A stretch of 64,000 nucleotides of DNA from Alphaproteobacteria bacterium (lineage in GTDB: Bacteria > Pseudomonadota > Alphaproteobacteria > UBA828), in the NCBI GenBank assembly GCA_965214705.1, contig OZ243972.1, positions 2,368,001 through 2,432,000 on the forward strand, written 5' to 3'. Shown piece by piece: positions 1 through 9,464 of this stretch (its first letter is position 1; every line of letters begins with the position of its first letter). A program made the position numbers and the translations under genes. The notes under the pieces were generated by a model. That model saw only the letters and a program-made list of their open reading frames with translations, was not told the DNA's origin and did not search any database.

Positions 1-109
1 ACTTGGTAGGCCATCGGTGACTCCCTGTGGCGCGGCGCCTGCGCTTCCCTTAAGGCGGGGGGATTAGACCGAAATGCGCCGGGCGAGACAACACCTGCGT
101 TGCCGCCGG

Positions 110-1636
110 TCAGCGTTCCGGGGCGCCCCCTTCGGCGGCACGCCGCGCCACGAACGCGTCGAGCTCCTCGGCGATGGCGGGGTCGAGCGGCGGTGCTTCG
201 TAGTCGGCGAGAAGCTGCTTCCAGATGCGCGTGGCACGGTCCGAGGTCTCGACCGCGCCGGCGTCGCGCCAGTTCTCGAAGTTGCGCCAATCCGAAAGCA
301 TCGGCCGGTAGAAGGCAGTCTCGTACCGTGCCATCGTGTGGTCGCAGCCGAAGAAGTGACCGCCGGGGCCGACCTCGGCGATGGCGTCGAGACCCAGCTC
401 TTCCTCGCTGGTATCCAGCGGCTTCAGAAACGCCTGCATCATCTGGACCATTTCGGCGTCCATGATGAATTTCTCGTATGACGCGCAAAGCCCGCCTTCG
501 ATCCAGCCGAACCCGTGGATGATGTAGTTGGCTTGGGCGAGGACGACTGGCCAGATGGACATCTGCGATTCGTATGCCGCCTGGGCGTCGGCCGCGTTGG
601 ACGCTGTGGCGTTGGACGAGCGCCACGGGATGCCGTAGCGCCGCGCGAGTTGGCCGGTGGCGATGGTCGCCTTGGCGTATTCCGGCGTTCCGAAGGCGGG
701 CGAGCCGGACTTCATGTCCACGTTCGAGGTGAAGCTGCCGTAGACGGCCGGCGCACCGGGATTGACGCATTGCGAGAAGACGATCCCGGCAAGCGCTTCG
801 GCGTTCTGGAGCACGAGTGCGCCTGCGACGTTGATCGGCGCCATGGCGCCCGAGAGAGTGAACGGGGTGTAGACCACCGGCTGGTTCAGCTCCGCCATCA
901 CGATCGCGCCTTCCAGGAGCCCACCGTCGTAGATCAACGGAGAGTTGGAATTGACGACCGTGTGGATCGAAGGCTGGCGCAAGAGGTCGTCGCGGCTGAT
1001 GCCGCGCGCGATCCGCGCGATCTCGATCGCATCCGCCATGCGCTCGCGGCCGATCGCGTAGCCGAAGACGGGCTTGTCCGTGAGCGTGACCGACGCGGCC
1101 ACCGCGTGCAGATGGCGCGTGCGAACCGCCAGGTCGACGGGCTCCACGGGGTAGCCCGCCAGAGCATGCACCGCGTTGAGCGCGTGACAGAGCCGGATGA
1201 GATTCTTGTAGTCTTCAAAGTTGCCGGTGACCCGGCCTCGCTCTCGATCCGACACATTGGGCGCGGAGCCGACGCTGCCCCAGATGGCGTGGTTGCCGCC
1301 GAATTCGAGATCCCGATGGCTGGAGCGGCCGTGCAGGGTAAACCTGCGTGGCACTGTCTCGAGTTTCTCCTCGATGAACGCGGGGTCGAAGCGGACCCGC
1401 TTGCCATCCTCGCCGACCGTTGCACCGGCCTTTCGCAGGATGTCCACCGCGCGCGGTAGCTGGAACTCCATGCCGTTGTCACGGAGAACCCGCAGCGAGG
1501 CATGATGAAGGGCCTCGACCTGGTCGTCGGAGAGCACCCTCATCGGGGCGTAGGGATTGGAGACCTGCCCGAAGGGCGATTGCTCGACAGCGTTCCGGTC
1601 TGTGACCCGCCTGCCTCGGCTCCTGGCTCTAGCCAT
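110..1636 (-). CDS. Trimethylamine methyltransferase (MttB superfamily), non-pyrrolysine type
   Basis: About 508 aa; motifs INSNSPL-like (VNSNSPLIYD), FTLSGAMAP, YGSFTSNVDMKSGSPAFGTPE, VGPGGHFFG; no in-frame amber codon. ATG at 1636 with GAGGG upstream. Confidence 0.9.
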   Translation of the reverse strand: MARARSRGRRVTDRNAVEQSPFGQVSNPYAPMRVLSDDQVEALHHASLRVLRDNGMEFQLPRAVDILRKAGATVGEDGKRVRFDPAFIEEKLETVPRRFTLHGRSSHRDLEFGGNHAIWGSVGSAPNVSDRERGRVTGNFEDYKNLIRLCHALNAVHALAGYPVEPVDLAVRTRHLHAVAASVTLTDKPVFGYAIGRERMADAIEIARIARGISRDDLLRQPSIHTVVNSNSPLIYDGGLLEGAIVMAELNQPVVYTPFTLSGAMAPINVAGALVLQNAEALAGIVFSQCVNPGAPAVYGSFTSNVDMKSGSPAFGTPEYAKATIATGQLARRYGIPWRSSNATASNAADAQAAYESQMSIWPVVLAQANYIIHGFGWIEGGLCASYEKFIMDAEMVQMMQAFLKPLDTSEEELGLDAIAEVGPGGHFFGCDHTMARYETAFYRPMLSDWRNFENWRDAGAVETSDRATRIWKQLLADYEAPPLDPAIAEELDAFVARRAAEGGAPER

Positions 1637-1716
1637 CCCCAACGTCCCTCAAGAACCCCGCGCAGACACTAGGCTAAGCCGCGCCAAGAGCTGTCCAGAA
1701 TTCATAATATTCTGCA

Positions 1717-1741
1717 AATACATGAACATATTTCATGTATT
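1717..1741. promoter_or_regulatory. Probable LysR binding site between divergent mttB-like and lysR genes
   Basis: Perfect 10-bp inverted repeat AATACATGAA-CATAT-TTCATGTATT containing T-N11-A (T1723, A1735) in an AT-rich intergenic patch. Confidence 0.7.
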
Positions 1742-1860
1742 GTCGGGTGACGGTGCAGGGAGGGGGCGCCGTTGCTGTCCGTGATTCTGAATTCGGGGTG
1801 TTTGATGACAAGCCAAGATAGACCCGGCGTCCGCGAAGCGCCCGCCACGGGCCTCGCTGC

Positions 1861-2784
1861 ATGACACGGTTGGAGCTTCGCCACTACCGCGCCGTGTTGG
1901 CCCTGCGTCACCACCATTCCGTCACCGCCGCCGCCGCGGCGCTCGGCGTGACCCAATCGGCGATCAGCCATCGCTTGACCGAGGTGGAGCGGCGCCTTGG
2001 GCGCAAGGTGACGGTGCGAAGCGGGCGCAAGGTGTGGCTGAACACGGCGGGCGAGCTCCTGGCGTCGAGCGCCGAATCAATCCTGAACGAAGCCCATCAC
2101 GTCGAAGCCCACTTGCTTTCCGGCAGCGAACGCGAGGAGAGCCAAATCGTTCGGATCGCGACCTTCGCCTACAACTCGTATCGCTGGCTGCCTGCATTCC
2201 TGAAGATCGTGAAGGAGAAGCGGCCCAACCTCGCCTTCGAGTTCGTTGCGAGTGCGCCCGGCCTGCCCGTGCGAACGATCGAGAGCGGGGAGGCCGATCT
2301 TGGCATCATGGCGGGGCAGATCACGTCCAAGCAGGTCGAGACCGTGACGCTGTTCGATGACGAGCTGGTCTGCGTTTGCCCCAAGGATCATCCATTGGCC
2401 GCCAAGCGTTTTCTCGAAGCCGACGATTTCATGGACTACCCGTACATCACCTACTCAGCTCACAAGGAAGACGGGTTCGAGCAGGACCAACTATGGCGGC
2501 GGTCGGGAAAGCGGCCGAGTGTGATGTTGAATGCGGGTCATACCGAGGCGGTGATCGAGCTCGTGCGGGCCGAGTTCGGCTTGTCGATCCTGAGCCGGTG
2601 GGCGGTCGCGCACTTCCAGTTTCGAGACGATATCGCGCAGATCAAGGTGACCGAAGAGGGGCTGCCGCTCAGGTGGCACGCCGTCTATCGCGGGGTCCAT
2701 CTGGACCGCGACGTATTAGCCGAAATCAGCCATTCGCTGCGGGACTGGTGCCGGAACTCGACGCTGGTTCGGAACGCCGTTTGA
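1861..2784 (+). CDS. LysR-family transcriptional regulator
   Basis: N-terminal HTH (SVTAAAAALGVTQSAISHRLTEVERRLG) plus substrate-binding domain, 307 aa. Confidence 0.95.
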   Translation: MTRLELRHYRAVLALRHHHSVTAAAAALGVTQSAISHRLTEVERRLGRKVTVRSGRKVWLNTAGELLASSAESILNEAHHVEAHLLSGSEREESQIVRIATFAYNSYRWLPAFLKIVKEKRPNLAFEFVASAPGLPVRTIESGEADLGIMAGQITSKQVETVTLFDDELVCVCPKDHPLAAKRFLEADDFMDYPYITYSAHKEDGFEQDQLWRRSGKRPSVMLNAGHTEAVIELVRAEFGLSILSRWAVAHFQFRDDIAQIKVTEEGLPLRWHAVYRGVHLDRDVLAEISHSLRDWCRNSTLVRNAV

Positions 2785-2800
2785 TCTGCAGCGGGCCGGC

Positions 2801-3607
2801 CTATTCGCCGCGCTCCAGCCGCCGCCGTCGTTGGACGATCAGGAACATGTAGCCGCCGAAAAGAATGACGATGGCGCCGAACACCGAGAGCGCGCCCATG
2901 GTCGGAATCATCGGCGTGTAGCCGGAGCCCATCTTGGTATAGAGCCATTCGGTGACCGTGCTGTCGGCGCCGGTGGTGAAGGTCGAGAGCGGGAAGTTGC
3001 CCCAGGAGAGCAGAAAGGCGAAGAGCGCGCCGGAGAAGAGGCCGGGCGCGAGCGCTGGGAGCGTCACTTCGCGGAAGGCCTGCCAGCGGCTGGCACCAAG
3101 GTCGTAGGCGGCCTCCTCCTGCGCGGCATCGAAGCCGTAGACCTGGATCGAGATGACCAGCGTCACGATCGGCACGATCCAGACCAGATGGGCGAAGACC
3201 GCCGCCTCCCAGCTCGGCAGCACGCCGACGTAGGTGAACCAGAGCAGCAGCGCGAGGCCGAGCACTGCCTGCGGGAAGAAGATCGGCAGCATGATGAGGC
3301 GCTGATAGAACTGCCGCCCGCGCCAGTTGTAGCGGGCGAACGCCAAGGCGCCGAAGAAGCCCAGCACGACCGCGATCAGCGCGACGCAGCCCGCGACATA
3401 GAACGAGGTGAGGTGCAGGTCCGTGGTCAGGTTGGCGCCGAGGGTCTGGTCGTACCACTTGTCGCTCCACGCTTTCACCGGGAAGCGGAAGTAGCGCGAC
3501 TTGCCGAACGAGCTCGTGATGACCGAGAAGATCGGGATGTAGAGGAAGAGCGCGATCACGCCGGTCCAGACCGCGATCAGGCTTATGACCCAGCGCTTGC
3601 TTTCCAT
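2801..3607 (-). CDS. ABC transporter permease, PotC-like
   Basis: Hydrophobic 268 aa, EAA motif EEAAYDLGA; last gene of ABC operon. Confidence 0.9.
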   Translation of the reverse strand: MESKRWVISLIAVWTGVIALFLYIPIFSVITSSFGKSRYFRFPVKAWSDKWYDQTLGANLTTDLHLTSFYVAGCVALIAVVLGFFGALAFARYNWRGRQFYQRLIMLPIFFPQAVLGLALLLWFTYVGVLPSWEAAVFAHLVWIVPIVTLVISIQVYGFDAAQEEAAYDLGASRWQAFREVTLPALAPGLFSGALFAFLLSWGNFPLSTFTTGADSTVTEWLYTKMGSGYTPMIPTMGALSVFGAIVILFGGYMFLIVQRRRRLERGE

Positions 3608-3628
3608 CTCAGAGTCCGCCTACGCGCG

Positions 3629-4543
3629 TCATCGTCGGCCCAGCAGCCGGTCAAGGTCGAGCCGGCGCATCACCAGCACCACGAGGAAGCCGGTGACCAC
3701 GATGGCCAGCACGGAAATCGCCGAGCCCAGCGGCCAGTTCTGGGCGTAGGTGAACTCGTGCTGGATGTCCTGGGCGATCACCGGCGTGTTCTGGCCGCCG
3801 AGCAGCTTGGCCTCCGAGATTGCGCCCACCGCCAGCACGAAGGTCAGCAGCGCCCCGATCAGGATGCCCGGCATGGCGATCGGCAGCTCGACCTCGCGAA
3901 ATATCTGGAAGCGGCTCGCGCCGAGATCGCGCGAGGCCTCCACTTGGTCGCGCGGCACCATGGAGAGCCCTAAAACGATGGGGAAGAGGGTGAAGGGCAG
4001 ATAGACGTAGATCATGCCCATCAGGATGGTGCCGGGCTCGTAGAGCAACGTGCCGGTGTCGATGCCGAAGGCGGTCTTGAGGCCGCCTGCCAGGATGCCG
4101 CCGCCCTTGATCAGGAAGAGGTACCAGCCGAAGAGCCGAACGTTCTCGGAAACGAAGAGAGGGATGACAAGCACCAGCATGACCGGCGCCGCCCAGCGGC
4201 CGAACAGCTTGGAGAGGCCGTAGGCGATCGGGTAGCCGATCATGAGGTTGCAGAGGACGGTAAGCCCAGCCAGCGCAAACGACCAGATGAAGGAGATGTA
4301 GTAGCTCTCCGTGAAGATGTGCTCGTAGTTCTCGGTGGTGAAGCCGGCGCCGAGGTCGAAGGTGCGCTCCGGCGTGAAGCTGAAGGCCAGCACGATCACC
4401 AGCGGGCCGACGAAGCCGATCAGGAAGAAGATCAGAACGGGCGTGGCATTGAGCACGCCGGGCGAGCGCAGCCAGCTAATAAGAAGCGCACCGACCCCTG
4501 GCTGCCGGATGATGGGTGCGGGCGCCGCTGCTTGGTCGGCCAT
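3629..4543 (-). CDS. ABC transporter permease, PotB-like
   Basis: EASRDLGA motif, NWPLGSAIS C-terminal motif typical of PotB. Confidence 0.9.
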   Translation of the reverse strand: MADQAAAPAPIIRQPGVGALLISWLRSPGVLNATPVLIFFLIGFVGPLVIVLAFSFTPERTFDLGAGFTTENYEHIFTESYYISFIWSFALAGLTVLCNLMIGYPIAYGLSKLFGRWAAPVMLVLVIPLFVSENVRLFGWYLFLIKGGGILAGGLKTAFGIDTGTLLYEPGTILMGMIYVYLPFTLFPIVLGLSMVPRDQVEASRDLGASRFQIFREVELPIAMPGILIGALLTFVLAVGAISEAKLLGGQNTPVIAQDIQHEFTYAQNWPLGSAISVLAIVVTGFLVVLVMRRLDLDRLLGRR

Positions 4544-5613
4544 CAGTCGGTCACGAGCACGCTGTCTTTAGCGTCCCAGCCGATCAGCACGTCGTCGTTG
4601 AGCGAACCCCGATAGGCCTGCTCGCGGAGCTTCTCGACGACGAACATCGAGCCGCCGGCGCTCACGTGGTACTGCACCCGGGAGCCCAGCGCGTACTCGT
4701 TGAAGAGCGAGCCCTCCAGATGGTTCTCGGCCTCGGAGGGGTCGTTGAGGAAGCGCATCGATTCGGGCCGGATCACGAGATAGCCGTGGGAGAAGCCGTC
4801 CGGCCGCCGGGTCGGGCTGGTGAAGCGGCGCTCGAAGGCGGGGCAGTCGATGCCGCCGTCCGCGCCAGCCTGCACCGCGAGCGTGTTCACCTCCCCCATG
4901 AACTCCGAGACGAACTTGTTGCGCGGGCGCAGATAGATTTCGTTGGGCGAGCCGATCTGGATCAGTCGCCCCTCCTGCATGATCCCGATGCGGTCGCTCA
5001 TCACCATCGCCTCTTCGAGGCTGTGGGTGATGTAGACGAAAGTCTTGCCCGTGGTGCGGTGGAGGTCCTTGAGCTCGACCTCCAGCAGCTTGCGCAGCCG
5101 ATAGTCGATGGCGGATAGCGGCTCGTCGAAGAACAGGATGTCGGGATCGGAGGCCAAGGCACGGGCCAGCGCCACGCGCTGACGCTCACCGCCCGAGCAC
5201 TTGGTGACGGACTTGTCGTAGTAGTCCTCTGGTAGCTGCACCACGTTCATGAGCGAGAGGCCGCGCTCGCGGCGGGCGCGGCGGCTCTCGCCCCGCATCT
5301 TCAGCGAAAACTCGATGTTCTGGCCCACCGTCTTGTGATTGAAGAGCGCGAGCGACTGAAAGACCATGCAGGTCGGCCGCCGGTTCGCGGGCACTTGGTT
5401 GACCCGCTCGTCGCGCAAGTAGATGTCGCCCGCGGTCGGCTTCTCCAGCCCACCCAGCATGCGGAGCAGCGTGGTCTTGCCGCTGCCGGAGGGGCCGACG
5501 ATGGTGAAGAACTCGCCCTCCTGGATGTCGAGGGTGACGTCGTTCACGGCGACCAGTCGGCCGAACTGCTTGGTCAGGCTGACCATGCGCAGGATGGGCG
5601 CGGCATCCACCAT
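4543..5613 (-). CDS. ABC transporter ATP-binding protein, PotA-like
   Basis: Walker A GPSGSGKT, signature CSGGERQR, Walker B LFFDEP, TOBE-like C-terminus. Confidence 0.95.
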   Translation of the reverse strand: MVDAAPILRMVSLTKQFGRLVAVNDVTLDIQEGEFFTIVGPSGSGKTTLLRMLGGLEKPTAGDIYLRDERVNQVPANRRPTCMVFQSLALFNHKTVGQNIEFSLKMRGESRRARRERGLSLMNVVQLPEDYYDKSVTKCSGGERQRVALARALASDPDILFFDEPLSAIDYRLRKLLEVELKDLHRTTGKTFVYITHSLEEAMVMSDRIGIMQEGRLIQIGSPNEIYLRPRNKFVSEFMGEVNTLAVQAGADGGIDCPAFERRFTSPTRRPDGFSHGYLVIRPESMRFLNDPSEAENHLEGSLFNEYALGSRVQYHVSAGGSMFVVEKLREQAYRGSLNDDVLIGWDAKDSVLVTD

Positions 5614-5730
5614 GGCGCTCGTCTCGATCCTCTCTCCGCAAATGCGCCGCCCGGCCGGGTGCGGCCGGGCGTGCGATCAAAGCGGGGGCGCGCGGTAGCT
5701 GCCGCGCGCCCCCATCGCTGCCGGCCGGGC

Positions 5731-6924
5731 TTAGGACTTCTCGCGCCGCGCCGCCGTGTAGATGTCGTAGAGCCGGTTGTAGTCCGGCACCACGTCGTAC
5801 TCGACGGAGTGCGAGATGCGGTAGTCGAACTCGTCCCACTGGAAGGAGTCGAGCTCTTCCGCCGTGAACTTGGCGAGCAGCTCCGGCTGCGACATCTGCC
5901 CCACCGGGAGCAGGAAGCCACCGGCGGTCGCCACCGCGTAGGAAGTGTCGGGCTGGAGGATGTACTCCATCCAGTCGAAGGCCTTCGGGTGCAGGTCGGG
6001 ATTGTTGACCACCGAGCTGAGTTCGATCCAGTTGATCCCGCCCTTGCCGTCGGCAGGCCCGCTCTTTGGCACCACGTGATAAAGGTTGGTGAGCCCGTCG
6101 AGGCGCGCCGCCGAGATGGAGTAGGTGCCGCCACCGAAGTACATGTCGATCTCGCCGTTGACCACGGCAAGGTTCACGGCGACGAAGTCGTCCGAGACCA
6201 TCTTCGCGCCGTTGATGAGACGCCGCGCCGCCTCCTCGAAGGTGGCGACCTCGTCGTCGGACTTCATCTTGAACGGGTGCAGGCCGGCGGCCATGCAGAT
6301 GTGCATGATGTTCCAGTTGTCGTAGGCGAGAATGCCGTAGCGGCCGGCCATGTCGGGATTGTTGAACAGATCCCAGCCTTCGTCCTTCCCCATCTCCGCC
6401 GAGATGACGTCGGTGTTGACGACGAAGTCGAAGGTGTCGACTCGCTGGCAGACCCCCAGCAGGTGCTCATTGTCGAGGCTCATCGCCCACTTGTAGGGCG
6501 GATGGAACATCGGCAGCATCGCCTCGAAATAGGGCTCGAAGCGGGCCCGGTCGAGCTCGACGATGAGCCCCTCGGGCCACATCATCTCGCGCGCCCACGG
6601 GTTGTTCAGGTTGATGATGTCCCAGATCGCGGTCTCGCCGGCGCGGAGCTTGTTGACCGAATCCGGGTCCGACGTGTGCAGCTCGTACTTGATCCCCGTG
6701 TCGTACTGATCGGTGAAGCCGTCGAGCACGCGCGGGTCCACGTAGCCGTCCCACGTCAGCATCGTCAGTTCGTCAGCGGCACGGGCCCGGCCCGCGAGGG
6801 CGCCGCCCGCTCCCAGTGCCAACGCGCCTGCACCGATCCCTTGAAGCACCTGACGCCGAGTGGCGGCCGCGCCGCGCACCGGGTCGCGCTTCACCATCTG
6901 CTTGAGAAGTTTGTCCTCGTTCAT
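5731..6924 (-). CDS. Polyamine-type (PotD/F-like) extracellular solute-binding protein with Tat signal
   Basis: ATG at 6924 after GAGGAG; twin-arginine TRRQVLQ; TWDGY motif; first gene of ABC operon. Confidence 0.85.
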   Translation of the reverse strand: MNEDKLLKQMVKRDPVRGAAATRRQVLQGIGAGALALGAGGALAGRARAADELTMLTWDGYVDPRVLDGFTDQYDTGIKYELHTSDPDSVNKLRAGETAIWDIINLNNPWAREMMWPEGLIVELDRARFEPYFEAMLPMFHPPYKWAMSLDNEHLLGVCQRVDTFDFVVNTDVISAEMGKDEGWDLFNNPDMAGRYGILAYDNWNIMHICMAAGLHPFKMKSDDEVATFEEAARRLINGAKMVSDDFVAVNLAVVNGEIDMYFGGGTYSISAARLDGLTNLYHVVPKSGPADGKGGINWIELSSVVNNPDLHPKAFDWMEYILQPDTSYAVATAGGFLLPVGQMSQPELLAKFTAEELDSFQWDEFDYRISHSVEYDVVPDYNRLYDIYTAARREKS

Positions 6925-7111
6925 GGTCTTCTCCTCTGTGGCGCCGCGCGATGGGGCCCGCGTCCAGCCCCGTGAAGGCGGCAACTAAAGGTCGTGACGC
7001 GCTGGCCGCACTCCGCACGATTGCAGAGGCGGCAATCCCGTCAATCTAAGCATAATCGTGGCGGCGCCTCACCCCGAATTCGGCGAACACCACCTGCAGC
7101 AGGGGTATTGC

Positions 7112-7831
7112 TTAGCCGGCGCTGGCCAGCAGGTCGGCGCGGGCGCGGTCCATGTGGGCGGAGAGCACTTCAACGGCGCGCTCCGCATCGCGGCGGGAGA
7201 GCGCCGCGAGCAGTGCGCGGTGCTCTGCGTTGTAGGCGATGATCTGCTCCGGCGTCAGGATCTTGTTCTTAATCGAGTCCCATTGCTGGTGGGCGCGGAC
7301 GTGGTTGATGCGGTGATAGATCTCGACGATCAGGGGATTGTGGGTCGCCTCTGCGAGCCTCAGGTGGAACATTTCGTCGGCCAGCGAGAAGCTCTCGGCG
7401 TCCTCCACCCCTTCCATCTCGGCGACCGCACGCTGCAGCGCGGCCATGTCGCGCGCCGTGGCATTGCGCACCGCGAGCCGGGCCATCTGCGGCTCGATGG
7501 CGGCGCGAACTTCGACCAGCTCCAGCGGCGAGGTAATTTCGGAGACATCGGTCTCGCCCGCGTCCGGCTCGTAGATGACGAATGTGCCGCTGCCCACCCG
7601 GCGTGCCACCAGCCCGCGCGCCGAGAGCGAGCGCAGAGCCTCACGCACCGTGCCGCGCGAGGCCGAAAACGACTCGGCGAGGCTGCGTTCCGGCGGCAAT
7701 CGGTCGCCCATCGCGAGCGACCCGTCGAGAATGCGTCGGGCGAGCTGCGCCGCGATCACATCAGCCGCCGAATCGGCCGGCCTTGGAATTCCGCCGTTCT
7801 GGTTGCCGACCTGTGTGCCTTCGATCTCCAT
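7112..7831 (-). CDS. GntR/FadR-family transcriptional regulator
   Basis: wHTH GDRLPPERSLAESFSASRGTVREAL...GSGTFV plus FCD domain; ATG at 7831 preferred over 7891. Confidence 0.93.
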   Translation of the reverse strand: MEIEGTQVGNQNGGIPRPADSAADVIAAQLARRILDGSLAMGDRLPPERSLAESFSASRGTVREALRSLSARGLVARRVGSGTFVIYEPDAGETDVSEITSPLELVEVRAAIEPQMARLAVRNATARDMAALQRAVAEMEGVEDAESFSLADEMFHLRLAEATHNPLIVEIYHRINHVRAHQQWDSIKNKILTPEQIIAYNAEHRALLAALSRRDAERAVEVLSAHMDRARADLLASAG

Positions 7832-7973
7832 GGCGCCAGCCCATTTCTTGTTGCGCGCCGCCCGCCGGCCCGTGACCCAATCGCCTCCCAAAACGCCTTA
7901 CGCCACGACGCAGGCCGCATGCGGGCTTCTTTGCTTTAATCAATTTTGACGTGACGTTCAACCATTCATTCAT

Positions 7974-8024
7974 ATTGGTTCACAATTGGTCCCGCCGATT
8001 GGGCGACAATTGGCTTGACAAATC
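7974..8024. promoter_or_regulatory. Tandem FadR-type operator boxes overlapping a TTGACA -35 element
   Basis: AATTGGT-CCC-GCCGATT (7984-8000) and AATTGGC-TTG-ACAAATC (8008-8024) resemble the PdhR/LldR box AATTGGTnnnACCAATT; TTGACA at 8015-8020. Confidence 0.6.
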
Positions 8025-8086
8025 TCGGGGCGGGGGCTTGAGTCCGCCCCCGAACATCGGCCGATCAAGGTCGGGGAGAGGAACAC

Positions 8087-9430
8087 ATGACGCTTCCGCG
8101 GCACGTCAAGTATCTGATCATCGGAGCCGGAATCCACGGCCTCAGTACCGCCTATCACCTCGCCTCCTCGCTCAAGGCAAAGGGCAACGGCGCCGCCGCA
8201 GACATCTTGGTGGTGGACAAGACCGACATCGCCGCCGGAGCCTCCGGCATCGCCTGCGGCGTCGTCCGCAACAACTACTATCAGCCGGCCATGCGCGAGC
8301 TGATGGCGGCCTGCGTGGAGGAGTGGGAGAGCGATCCCGAGGCCTACCACTACCATTCCGTTGGCTACATGCAGATCAGCCCCGAGAGCATGCATGCGGA
8401 TGTTGCCGAGATCGCCGCGCAGCAGCGGGCGATCAGCTACGAATCCGAGTTCATCGAGGGCGAGGCCGACTGCACACGCTACATGCGGGGTCTGTTCGAC
8501 GACTGGCAGGCGCCCGGCATCACCTCCGTCCTGCACGAGAAGAGGGGCGGCTACGCCCACAACAAGGCGTCTATCCTCGGGCTCGCGGACAAGGCGAGGG
8601 GCGCCGGTGCGCGCATCCTCACCGGAGTCGAGGTCAAGGGCTTCGGTTTCGGCGCCAACTCCAAGGCGGTGACCTCGGTGGAGACCGACCAGGGGTCCAT
8701 CGACGTCGATCAGGTCATCGTCGCGGTCGGGCCCTGGGTGCCGCGCATCTGGGAGATGCTCGACCTGCCGGAACGGATCGACGTCAAGGACCTGGAAGGC
8801 ACCCTGCACCGCGATGTGGACATGTGGCGCTTCTGGTGCCTGCAGGAAGGAACGATTGCGGTCGAGCCCTCCTACGGCATGGCGGACGACGGCTCCATGC
8901 CGCCGGTCATTCACGTCGATTCCGACGAGCCGCTTTACTCCGACGTGGACGGCAAGCTGATCACCGACGAGATGTGGGGCATCTACTACAAGCCGGACTT
9001 CAACTTCGGCGGCGTCCAGGGCGGCGCCACGCCTTACAAGGTGAAGACGGCGGTGCCCGAGGTGGCGATCGATCCCTACGGGCCGGAGTCGCCGGAATTC
9101 GTGGTCGACGAGGCGTTCAGGGAGATGTGGTGCTCGGCGCTCGCCCACTGCCAGAGCCGCTACAAGGGCCAGATCGGACACTGGCTCGATGAGCCCTCCG
9201 GCGGCATCGGCGCGTTCGCCGCCGACAACTTCCCCGTGTTCGATCGCTTCCGCGAGAACTGCTACGTGATCGCGGATTCGAACCACGGCTACAAGATGAT
9301 GGCCGTCGGCAAGCTGGTCGCCGACGAGCTGATGGGCCGCGAAAGCGCCCTGCTCGAGCCTTTCCGCTTCTCGCGCTTTGCGGAGGGCCGCCTTCACCCG
9401 GTTTCGAACAGCCCCTTCCCGTGGAGCTGA
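8087..9430 (+). CDS. FAD-dependent oxidoreductase (DAO / sarcosine oxidase beta / MgdA-like)
   Basis: IIGAGIHG dinucleotide-binding motif, GASGIACGVVR, C-terminal HGYKM; 447 aa. Confidence 0.88.
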   Translation: MTLPRHVKYLIIGAGIHGLSTAYHLASSLKAKGNGAAADILVVDKTDIAAGASGIACGVVRNNYYQPAMRELMAACVEEWESDPEAYHYHSVGYMQISPESMHADVAEIAAQQRAISYESEFIEGEADCTRYMRGLFDDWQAPGITSVLHEKRGGYAHNKASILGLADKARGAGARILTGVEVKGFGFGANSKAVTSVETDQGSIDVDQVIVAVGPWVPRIWEMLDLPERIDVKDLEGTLHRDVDMWRFWCLQEGTIAVEPSYGMADDGSMPPVIHVDSDEPLYSDVDGKLITDEMWGIYYKPDFNFGGVQGGATPYKVKTAVPEVAIDPYGPESPEFVVDEAFREMWCSALAHCQSRYKGQIGHWLDEPSGGIGAFAADNFPVFDRFRENCYVIADSNHGYKMMAVGKLVADELMGRESALLEPFRFSRFAEGRLHPVSNSPFPWS

Positions 9431-9464
9431 CGGGACCAGCCGGATCGTCAGGGAGGATGCGGAG

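Noticed and set aside
1-14. Possible start of a minus-strand gene (ATG at 14, GGAG upstream)
   Set aside because: Only four codons inside the window; cannot be supported.
110-1636. Pyrrolysine recoding in the MttB homolog
   Set aside because: ORF is full length with no internal TAG and no pyl genes are present.
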